Origin: Monocercomonoides exilis PA203 | Taxonomy: Eukaryota; Protista; Preaxostyla | Direction: 5' to 3' | Length of the DNA: 64,000 bases | Assembly (NCBI GenBank): GCA_001643675.2 | Contig: LSRY02000032.1 | Span: 310,001-374,000, forward strand | Shown: positions 49,018 through 60,134 of the stretch, piece by piece | Layout: each line of letters begins with the position of its first letter | Position numbering within the stretch: position 1 is the first letter of the stretch | Made by a program: the position numbers and the translations under genes | Notes under the pieces: generated by a model | What the model saw: only the letters and a program-made list of their open reading frames with translations | The model's database searches: none | Told to the model about the DNA's origin: nothing

Positions 49018-49989
49018 TATAAAATATTTAAATAATCATGTTTTGAAATAATTTGTGGGTGGTCATTGAAATTTAAATTCTTTTGGAGTGTTGGCTGAAA
49101 AATTGTTCAAGTGAAAAAAAAAATATATTTTTTTTTCTCAAAGAGAAAATAAATCCGAAAGGTATCTGTTGATTAATATAAAATATTTATGTTGGAATTA
49201 TTGAAATTGTAATTTTTATCACAAATAAATCACACTTGTTCATTTTTAGAAATTCATTTCAAAAACAATAATCTGTTTTGATTTTAGAAAATAAAAGAAC
49301 TCGAATTACAAATCATTCTTACAAAATCATTTCGATACAAATGAACAATGAGACTTTGTTTGAACAGAAAAGCGGATGAATACAATAAAGCCGTTACCGA
49401 GGGTAGGATTGAGAAGAAAATTTAATCCACCAAGTGTGCTGGTTAATTTTTTTTTCTCATGTCGATTAATATATTGCATTCATCATGAAGGGAAATTGGA
49501 CACGGTACCAATCCCTGTCGAAGAATATGAAGTAAGGAAGCGGCCGTGATTGCTGGTGCCTGCTGCGCAGGAGGAGCCTCTGAGTTTTGAACTGGTTCAC
49601 TCTCAGGCTCCTCAGCCAGTTAATATTTAAAAAAAGGGAGGAGGAAAAGGATTCGGCTGGTACTTCCCAATTGAAGGAAATGCAAAACACATTGCCATCG
49701 GATGACGACGTCAACGAAACAACTGAACTTGATGTCAGTTCTGACTCAGACGAAGTGTCTCTGATGTCTGACAGTGACGATGAAGGTTTGCAATAAGATT
49801 TGTTTTTTTGAATATTGTTCAGGGACATATTTCTTTTGTAGTGGATATAGAAGAACATCAAAAGGAAGATTCATCTGATTTGGATGATCTGTTCGAGTTA
49901 GACGGGGACCCTTATGACATTGACCCGTTGGTTGAAAAAACCAAAAAGTCACTTCCTTCCTTATAAAAAGGAAAGGAAAATCGTAGTAA

Positions 49990-50931
49990 ATGACAATTTG
50001 GAGAACAGCTTCGATTCTCAATTTTTTTAAAGACGAGGAGGAATACTTGTATATTCAAAAATTGAAGGACGATCGTTTTCATCTGCATTGTCGTGAAGCG
50101 AAGACGATGAAGTTTCTTTTCATTATGAAAGAAGCTTCGGATGAAGACTCTCCAAAGGACAGTCTTATGAACATAGCAACCAGGCTGTATGTTCAAGCGA
50201 AAAGGGATTAGAAATTGCATGTTTCGGTGACTTTGGGATTTGAAGAATCCCATTTTGTCCGATTCTTAACTGAATCGGCAAGTAGTCTTGAAAGTTTGAA
50301 ATCTCCAAGTGGTTTTTCATTCAACTTTATTTTAGAAAATACGAAAGAATGGTGGGTGCGGTTCATGAAAGATGCAAATGAGAACGCTTGAAGTGGTGAT
50401 AAATGTGGCTTTTCGGAGCATAACAATCCCTTGCATGCTCGAATAGATTATGAAAAGGATGAAAGTTGGAAAAAGCCTGAACAAAAGCCCCTAACTAATG
50501 AATTCAATTTCGTAGAAATACATTGTATAATGGCAAACTTTCTTACAGGCTCAAGAAGCATGTACACGTGGGTTAAGCACGGAAATGAATTCTTTATCAA
50601 AACAAATCTTGTTGGAACAAAAACAGTAGGAAAGGATAAACGCAGTGTTTATCCTCAGATTTCTGTGCAATGTGTTGTCGGCTGCAATTGGAATGTCGCT
50701 GTTCATCATCTGGCAAGGAGATGGATGAACATGGGAGAGAAGATCCCACCTGGCTTTGAAGTGAACCATCTGGATAGTGATTCAACAGCCCTTTATCTCA
50801 CAATTGAAACACACGAAGAAAACGAACCACGAAAAAGATGTCATCGCTTTGCCAGACTAGGGGACAAAATGGAAGAGCCTCTTATATGTCCGCATTTAAG
50901 TTGTCCGTGTACATGGGAAGTAAAGCGCTAA
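49990..50931 (+). pseudogene. His-Me finger (His-Cys box/HNH-like) endonuclease-domain gene with two in-frame stops
   Basis: One frame 49990-50931 broken only by TAG 50209-50211 and TGA 50389-50391. C-terminal YPQI..VHHLA..EVNHL..LTIETHEENxxRKxC..CPH..PC resembles the I-PpoI-like zinc-binding-loop domain. Confidence 0.7.
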
Positions 50932-52261
50932 GCAGGGATAAACAAATCAAACGGGAATAACAGAGTATTCAGTGCTTATTGAATAACTATTATTTTTTAA
51001 ATTTGATTTTTTTATTTTCTTTAATTGGTGTTTCATATTTTTTATTGAACTTCTTTTTGTCACATCACTTGAGAATTTAAGACTGATGTATGAGGAATAA
51101 ATATTATGATTTGGATGTTTTTGTATTTTAAGAAAAATTACACAAATATAGAAAAATAAAATATATAGTAACTATGTATTTTCATTGGGCTGAAGTGTTT
51201 CTGAGATGTAACATTTATGCTTTATGGAATATTGTGTCATATATGAAGAATTATATTGGCATAATTGATAAAGTGTAAATGTTACTGACAGGATACATTT
51301 GTGTTTTGTGAATATATGATAATATTATATACTTATATTTTTGATAGTCAAAAAAAATGTCCATCCAAATTATTTTTTTCTATATCAAAAGTGTGTATGG
51401 GCTATAAGGAGAAATGTTTGCGATCAGTAACATTTCCGCCCAAGGAATGCCTTCTTAATATATAAGTGACTGAATTGGTTATATTGACAGAGTCACATGT
51501 TGGAATAGCTTCACATATGATCGAGATGTTCTTTTGAGCAGTAATCGCCAAGTGTGTGTGAAAGTGTTCTTGGTCCATTTTTTTGTGTTGCTTTGCAGAC
51601 AAAAAAATCTATTGTGGAACATTTATCTGTGGCGACATGTTGTGTGTGTTGTGTGTGTTGTGTTTCCCAAAGAGGGACAGATTCTCCTATTTATCCCAGG
51701 TATGTGTTGAAAAATTCGGGAAGGGTGGAAACCTTCAGTCAATCAGAATAACACATTTGGTAACACGTAATGGAGTGTTCGTACCAGGCCTTTCACCAAG
51801 AACACGGAGTGGATGTTGTGTAATGTCCATAGGAGTGAATGTTACCGGGTGGTAACATTTTTGCACCATGGACAAGAAAATTATTTGGGATAACTGTTTG
51901 GGGGAAAAAAGGAAAAAAACTTTGGCATGATCTCAAACAGTGTTAAATGCAGTCAAATCAAATGAATATTTGTAAACTTTTCTACAGACTGGAAAATTCT
52001 TCATATGCTGTTGAGAAGCAAAAAATTTGAAATGGGTTGTAATTATTGAAATCAGAACATTTTTCGGGGTTATTATTTTGAAAGATTGTCTGTCAATAGA
52101 AAGACATTTTGCAATTAAATGCAAAAATCATCTCCATCGTTTAAAAAACAAATTGTTTTACAAAATAAAATATAAATGATGATATATTTTATTAGCCTTT
52201 TCACTTTTGTGTGTAAATTTATTTTATATTCAAATGTCATTTTTGGTTTGAAGTTTTTGCA

Positions 52262-52638
52262 CAGATTTCACATAAAATACCGGACATCGCACAAAATACC
52301 GGACAAGATCGATATCTCAATAACAGCAAGAAGAAAAACTCTGACAAATTTCCTCAAAATACATCTCATCAATACAAACTCACATGTCATACAAGACTTT
52401 TAAAATCGCTTCATTTGTACTCAAAAAAAATTATTTTTGAAATCTCGGAGAAATTTGATTTTGAATTTCTCCGGGAAATTAATAATAATTTTTTTTGAGT
52501 ACAAATGAAGCGATTTTAAAAGTCTTGTATGACATGTGAGTTTGTATTGATGAGATGTATTTTGAGGAAATTTGTCAGAGTTTTTCTTCTTGCTGTTATT
52601 GAGATATCGATCTTGTCCGGTATTTTGTGCGATATCTG
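52262..52638. mobile_element. Palindromic MITE, ~150-bp arms, CAG...CTG termini, internal secondary hairpin
   Basis: Arms 52286-52435 and 52484-52633; nested hairpin CGGAGAAATT/AATTTCTCCG 52446-52473; left end has a ~20-bp duplication containing AAAATACCGGACA; flanks CA and TA. Confidence 0.8.
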
Positions 52639-52725
52639 TATTTATCAATTATGTTTCAAAAATATTTTCACATATTGAAAAAAATTATAGACATGAAATA
52701 ATAATTCAAGCTGATTAAAAATTTC

Positions 52726-52769
<44 letters not shown>

Positions 52770-54486
52770 TTTTATTTTTTATTTTTTTGTTAAGAAAAAT
52801 TGGGCAAATAAAGATAATTAAGCTGTTTAATAAAAATATTTTTCCCACAGAATTCATGCACCTCTTTTTATCGAAATTTGAGTCGACCATAAATTCAAAA
52901 ATAACAACTTTAGCCAATAAAACATATGGGACAGAATTTTTCCATTTACGAAAAATTCCGTGTTTTGTTCCAAACTTCTTCCACTTATATATCACAATGA
53001 ATGTTACATTATAATGCAATAAAAGAATTTTTGTGTTATCCATAATTAAAATATTATTCGAGTTTTATGAACGAACATCATATTTGTGGAAATAATAGGA
53101 GAGCATTTAAGAAAGGAGCGATAAGGATCACAGCATTATTAAAAAAATACGAAGAGAAAGGAAACAAACGAAATTGAATTGTTTTTACTGCTGATGAAAG
53201 TTAGTAATTATCTGTGAAATTGTGAACACTGTTATGACTAACATTGATGAAAAATGAATCATTCAAAAGGACATCAAAAGACGAACATACACTCTTGAGG
53301 AGCATAGAATTCTATCATTATTGATGATATATGAAAAAGAAAAAGAAGTTACGAAAGATAATAAAGAAGAAAGAAGAAATAACCTTATGAGCTGAATGAA
53401 AAATAAGGACAAAATATTGCATTGAGCATTTATATCGCATTAATCATTTAAGGACCGTTTTTGAAGACCAACCGCTAACATTTCGCGATGTTTAGGAGAG
53501 AGAAAGCTGACGGCTGAGATCGATTGCTTCAGAAAGAGAAAACATAGATGTTTTGCATTGGACATTTCGCACGTGCAAAGTTAGAAATTTTCATTCGGAC
53601 ATATGAATCTTGCAAAGCATTGATTAGTTCAATTTTAAGAAATCAGGCTAAATCTCATTCTTCAATAGTTACTCTATCTTCTTCTCTCTTTTTTGTTAAT
53701 TCGATATCAATTTCGAAATTGACACAAGTGGAATCTGAAACGGAGATTTTCCCTCATTTTCTTGTGTAAATTTGTCTCCGTAATATCCATCTTAGAAGGA
53801 GAAGAGATACGGGCTCCGCATCTGGCGTCTCTTTTTGATATGCACGTGGAAGAAATTCCAAGCTTAGCAATGAGACAGAAGGCAGACATTTGGACGTGTG
53901 ACGTGTGACATTTGCGCTGGCGAAAGGGTGAGTTCTGTTTCCTGGGACGACAAACAAAGAGATGCTGAAGCTGATTCAACATTCAAAGTGAGAATAACAG
54001 TGTAAGCTGAGGAGAGAAAGCTGCGAGTATCAGGCTAACAGATGCATTGACAAAACTGAGAAGTTATTGAGCATATTAATTGTTCCAGTTGCCAAAGTGA
54101 AGACAAAAAAGGTGATTATCTTTTCGTACAGATTGATACAAATTCACAAAATGCTGTTTGATAACGTTGTGTTTTCCTCTGTTCTATCAACTGGGTGTGT
54201 AGCGAACGCATTCGCAGAAGCGAGTTGTCCGAAATGAGAAGCCGAGTACTGCTGAGCGACCTATCATCGCTCGCTGACTGATTCCACATGCTCAACTCGC
54301 ATATACTCTTGGGTGCCGAAAAGGAAGTGCATCACCCATTTCTGAACATGAGTGTGACAAAGCATATAACTGAAAAGAAAGCTCAGCAAAAAACGGAAAA
54401 AAAGAAGATTTTTGGAACTGCATATGCTTCTGCACCACATATTTTGCCAACTGTTTTTATCATTACCATTATCTTCTTCTTCTTGC

Positions 54487-54562
54487 TCCTCCTCCTCCTC
54501 CTCCTCCTCCTCCTCCTCCTCCTCCTCCTCCTCCTTCTTCTTCTTCTTCTTCTTCTTCTTCT

Positions 54563-54597
<35 letters not shown>
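54487..54597. repeat. Compound microsatellite (CTC)n-(TTC)n-poly(T)
   Basis: Directly visible; source of the poly-L/F/E/K ORFs in the track. Confidence 0.9.
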
Positions 54598-56732
54598 CTT
54601 CTTTGTCTTCTTCTTCTTCTTCTCTTTCTTCTCATCCAAAAGTTTCAAACAGATTATTTTCTACTCCTTTTAAACCTGAAAACAATATTTCTCTTCCTCC
54701 TCTCCCAAAAACTTGTTCATCTTCTTTTTCTTCTTCCTCTTCCTCTTCCTCCTCCTCCTCTTCTTCTTCTTCTCATTCTCCTTCTCCTTCTTCTTCCTCT
54801 TCCTCTTTTATCTCTTCAGCCAACACAGATAAATCAAATTTAAGTGAGTCTTCTATCTCTTTTATCGCTTCTGTCGAATCTTCTTCTTCTCATTCTTCTC
54901 CTTCTCACTCTTTTTGTTTTCCTTCTTCTTCTTCTTCTTCTTATAAAACTGCTCACATTCTGACATATGTGTGCATGCAAACAGAGGAATTTTTCATTGT
55001 GCGCATTCCAATCCATCTCATGAATGGATTGTTTGATAGAGATGAATTATATGAACATAACATCTCATTACTCCACTGTGAGGTCACTTTTGAATAATGC
55101 ATTCGAAGTGATCAAGAGCAAATGATGGTAATTAAATTAGAGAAAAAAACATCCAATGAAACGAATGCAAAGATGATTACGTTGCACAGCGCTTCATAAG
55201 CAGAACGCAATGCACAACAAAACAAGCAAGCCGCACAAAGCGGTTTCTGCCTTCTCAACTTTCAATAGCCTCATTCACCATTCTCTCCTCCTCAATTAAG
55301 ATGATATGTGTTTTGAGAGGTGTTACTGCAGAAAGCTCATCAACAGGCAACAAACGGATTTTGTAACAGGATTCTTCAATAGAATATAAATTCTTTCCAT
55401 ATTCTTGGAGAGTTGAAGAGCCATAGCGAGGTTGGTGCAAAAATTATCTGGTCACTTTCTCTTTGGATAGAACTCAAAGGATATTAGATATTAAGTCACA
55501 GAAGTGTGTTCAGACAGATACAGTATTTGATGAAGCATCGATGCTACTCAACGCTTCAAAAATTATGAAATAACATTTTGATATAGCAGAAAAGAAATTA
55601 AATTGGATGAGATTGGAATGCAATATCAGTAGTAACTCTTCAAATTATGCAAATGCATCTTATAAAATGAAATACCAAAGATAAAGTGAGAAGGTTGAAA
55701 ATAGAGAAGGAAATGAGGAAGAGAGATAGAAAAAGAAACTGTTTAAGCGGCTAATCCTTTTGATGGACAAATAGAAGAAGAAAGAGAAGAAAAGCTTCAG
55801 CAACTTCTGGGAAGAGCAAAATGCAACGGGGAATTCATTTCTTCTCCTGATGGAGTGGTTGTGCTGTGGAATACAAACTACTTATTTGCGAATAACAATT
55901 TCATGGTATGAAAGAATCGTCTGAGGAAAGGCATGGATGAGAAGAAGATGGAGACAATAAGAGAATGAGAAAGAGAAAACAAAAGGAAATAGAGATCTAT
56001 GAATTTTTGATGACGGTTGTTCGGTAGCAGGATGAATGACAGCAAACGAGGAAGATGAAGAGAAATGCAAAGAAGACAATTCGAACGAAGCACTGCTCTA
56101 AGAGAAAGAAAATGAGCGCATTTCATTTGAAGAGAATGTTAAAGAAGAAAAGTGAGAAAAGGAGAAAGAAAAGCTACTCAGTTTCACTTTCTCAATACTC
56201 TGAACAAAATGAAATGTCTCTCATCGTCTTTCTTAATGTCCATTACAGTTACAAAATTGCAGCTTTTGATGGAACAAATTATTCTTTCAGTCACATTTGG
56301 AATGATGAAAGAAACATATGCTCGTATTTTTCTATTTAACATGGGCCCTTTCAGGTTTCCGAGTATGAGAAATGAAAAGAAAAAGCAATTGCTTTTAATT
56401 CTATCAATGTTTAAGATTTTGTTTTAATATCCACAATAACAAGTGAAGCGAACAATTTTGAGTCACTATTGTCTCTTTTGACTTGACAATGCTTCACATT
56501 CTTATATAAATACTGCTTTTATTGGATGTCTTACAGATTCTCTACTGTTTTGAAAAGATAAAAATCAGAAAATGTTCATTATTTTATCAATTTTTGTATT
56601 TTAAAACCATTTGACTGTATCAATTATTTCCTTAAAAAAAACTTATGATTTGATTTTGGCACATTTTGTTTGATATCTGATACCCTTTATTCGTTTCTTT
56701 AATCCCATGATTAATTGCCAATCCAAATAATA

Positions 56733-59649
56733 ATGAATTGTTATGCTGAAAAAGCGCGGTCGACGAAAAGTCGCCACGCGAGTCAAATTGACGATTATCT
56801 TCGTCAAATTGCTCCTGTGGATGCTGAAGGGTGTTTGTTTTCATTTTTATTTCACAGTTAAAAAGGAAAACCCTACCAATCAAAAATTGAGACTCATTTG
56901 AAAGGTTTGCTCAAAATTTTTATTCAAAAGATGTTAATACTTTGTGTATTAATTTACTGTTAATTATGTTTTCTGTTAATTTTTTTAATTGCAATGGGGA
57001 ATTGTGAGCAAATTTGTTGTTGTGTTATTTTCTTCTTTAAACTTTTTTTCTATGATCATCAATCAATATTTTTGAATTCTTTATTTAACTCATTATTCTT
57101 TCAAGTCATTATTATTCAACAGTTGAAATATAAAAAATTTTTTGCAGTTAATAAATTTTTATCTTTATTTCATTGATACTTAAATGTTAAAAAATACATG
57201 ATTTTTGTAATTGAATTACGATTTTTTCCAAATCCTTGTTTTCCATATTTTTTCACAATTTTCATTGATAATAATCAATTTTTTTATATTTTATAATTTT
57301 TCGTAAATTTTCCATTTATTTAACCCATTGCAATTAAAAAAAATTACAGAAACTGATTAACGTATATTATTCCTCATTTCAGACAAGTTAAGAAATATTT
57401 TGAAAAATCTGTCTCAACTCTACGCTTTGCTTGGTCGAAACGATAGAGTTTCTCTTCTCTCTGCGATTTCTTCTGAAATTCAACTTACAGAACTCAGAGA
57501 GAATGGCTGGCTGGTAACAAAAAATGAATATTATTACTCAAAAAATAAGCAAGCCAATAAAAGAAATGAGTCCCTGGCAGATATAGAGAGAAAAAAAAAG
57601 TTAATGATAAAAGTGTGCAAAATTTCTTTAATTATGTTTTTGTGTTTTGTTTTGACATATTAATATCTAGAAAAAGAACAATTTGAAAAGATAGAAGAAT
57701 GGCTGGTAAAAAACAGCTCTGCCAGTTGCGAAAATGGAAGACAGCGAAAAAAAGGTTTATTTTTCGGAAATAATTATAATTTGTTTCATCTTTTGATAAT
57801 TATGATTTTTTTTCAACAAATTATCAATCTATAAAAGGATTAAACCGTTCAAAAATGGCTCCTGCTGCTTCTTCCATTCATCCACAGCCTCAATTAATTG
57901 GAGGAGATGATTCGCCGATCGGTATTATCCAAAGCGAGCGGAGTGAGAAAGAAAATACTTCTTCATCTGAGCATTTCTTGGAGCATGGAGTTCTTCAACA
58001 CTCCAACTCTTTCGAAAATAACAAAGATAAAAAAAAAATAATTAATGAATCAAAATTCAACAATATCAACAGAAAAATAAATAATAATTACAAAAACAAT
58101 CAAAAAAAAGAAATTCAAATTCAAAAAATACATAATCACATCACTTTCACGTCTTCTTCCAATAATGAAAACACCTGCTTCGTTCAATCGCATTCTGGAA
58201 TTCAAAAGGTTTGTGAAAAAGCAAATGTTGAAAAAAAAGAAAACGAAAATAGTAATTTTCTTTCAAAAAGAATATTTTCTTTAAATGAAAGGAGAATTAT
58301 TGATAAAACGAAAAAAGAATTATTTGAAAACATGAATAAAGAAATTGATGTCAAAATGTCGAATTCGACATTTTGCAAAAAAACAAGAAATTTTATTAAA
58401 TCAAAGAAAAGAACAGATTTGTGCGAAATCTGTGAAAGTGGAAAACATTTAGAAAAGAAAAAATTAGAAACAGAAAGAAACGGAAAAGAAATAGGCCAAA
58501 AAGAAAATGATGAATTGAATTTAATAATTCAGCATAAAAAAATGGCCCAACATCAAAGAAATTATTTTTATGAAAAGAAAGAAAAGCTGAAAAAAGATGA
58601 AGTGATTATTATCATGGATTTTAAAGAAAATTGGAGCTTGCCAATTTCAAATAATGAAACTGGTAAATCTTTCTTTAATAAAAAACAAATCTCTCATTTA
58701 TGTTTTGTTGTTTATTATGTTGATTGTTTTGGAGCTTTACAAAAATGTTGTTTCAATTTTTTTTCTGAAATTTTATCTCATGATTATCGTTTTGTTTTGG
58801 AGTGTTTGAATAAGTTATTACGTTTCGATATTTTTTCGAATATTTTTTCTTTTCATTTTTTCTGTGATAATGGTCCTCATTTTCGTAATTCACAAATTTT
58901 TCATTCACTATTTTCTCCTAATTCTTTATTGTTTTTAAATAAACACTGCTCACTTTCATTCTTTGCCGAACACCATGGTAAGAATGATTGTGACAGTGAA
59001 TTTGGTTATTTAACACAGTTATTGAACAATAATCTAGGAGATCGTACTTTAAATAATGTGTACGATCTAATAGATTTTTTTTGCTCACAGTGTAATTCTT
59101 ATCTTTTTGGTGTTCATGATTCTAATTCTCCAATTTTTGTCTCTTCTTTTATATCTGATATATCTGATAATAATTCTATAGGGCGAATGGATGAAGTTTC
59201 AGATTCAAGCGAGCAGAAAGAAAAACAGAACAAGACAAAGCACTTCTTTTTGATGTTTGATCTTTAATTTTTATTTTTTTTTCCTAATGATTTTAATTGA
59301 ACTTTTTTCTTAAATGTTTTCTTTTTCATTTTCTAGGCATGAAGAGTTACCGAATAAATGTTGGAATAAATTAATTATTAATGGAATGAAACAATACTTA
59401 TTTTTCGAATCGAATGGCTTCAAAGTGCTTGCATCGCCGCTGAGTTGCAACGAAAAGGTTTGTATGAAAGAGTTATCATTCAAAATTGAAATGAATTTGG
59501 ACGAGAAGAAAAGAAAAGTTTATAAAAGAGAGATTGAAAATAACAATGAATTTGAAGAAAATGAAAGTTTATATTTAAAGAAAAGGGTTAGAAATGTTCT
59601 GGAAAAAAGATTAGAGTTAATAAATACTTTTTCTTCATTGATTTTTTAA
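56733..59649 (+). mobile_element. Intron-containing Sola-like (DDD) transposase gene
   Basis: Core ORF 57855-59267: RTDLCEICE, IIMDFKENW, SEILSHD, FCDNGPHFRN, FFAEHHGKNDCDSEFG. In-phase intron 59255-59336 links ORF 59314-59649. Upstream exons (56733-, 57383-, 57671-) are tentative. TIRs not found. Confidence 0.7.
56969..57352. repeat. Short-TIR element with ~30-bp inverted ends inside a putative transposase intron
   Basis: TTTCTG..AATTTTTTTAATTGCAATGGG (~56970-56998) mirrored by CCCATTGCAATTAAAAAAAATTACAGAAAC (57324-57352). Confidence 0.6.
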
Positions 59650-59940
59650 GAAATTTACAGAAACTGGCAGGTATGCTTTTTTTTCAGAACTCTTTTGTTA
59701 TTTTAGTTAAATTTTCGATTTTTTAATTTTTTTTTTTTTTTCAATCGTTGAATCTTGAATTGTGAAAGAATTAGTTTATTCTTGCTTATCCGATGAAATT
59801 TGGAATCCAAATTGAGGACAAGACTGAATCCATCCTGTTATTGCTTTTATTGAACGATTATTGCAATAACTTGCAGGCTTTGGGTCCAGATTCAGTTTCC
59901 CAGGAGAATAAGCAATTTTTTCACTTTTTTAAAAGGTATG

Positions 59941-59971
<31 letters not shown>

Positions 59972-60134
59972 CTTTTTGGAAATTATTTGAATTCTAGAAT
60001 TTGAGAAAGGATTCAAACCGGAATTATTCAGAAAAATTGTTGAATGTGGAAAAATATTCAAAAATGTTGGGTGGAACAATATTCTTAAAGCAAAAAATTT
60101 TGTCCCACATCTTTGCTTTGACCCACAATAGTTT

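Noticed and set aside
51380-51900. Possible coding remnant next to the nuclease pseudogene
   Set aside because: All frames are interrupted and no motif could be recognised.
54264-55097. 269-aa and overlapping ORFs with poly-L/F/K/E
   Set aside because: Microsatellite translation with no domain evidence.
56748-56830. GC-rich patch with two small hairpins as a structured ncRNA
   Set aside because: Better explained as the first coding exon of the transposase gene; no known RNA motif.
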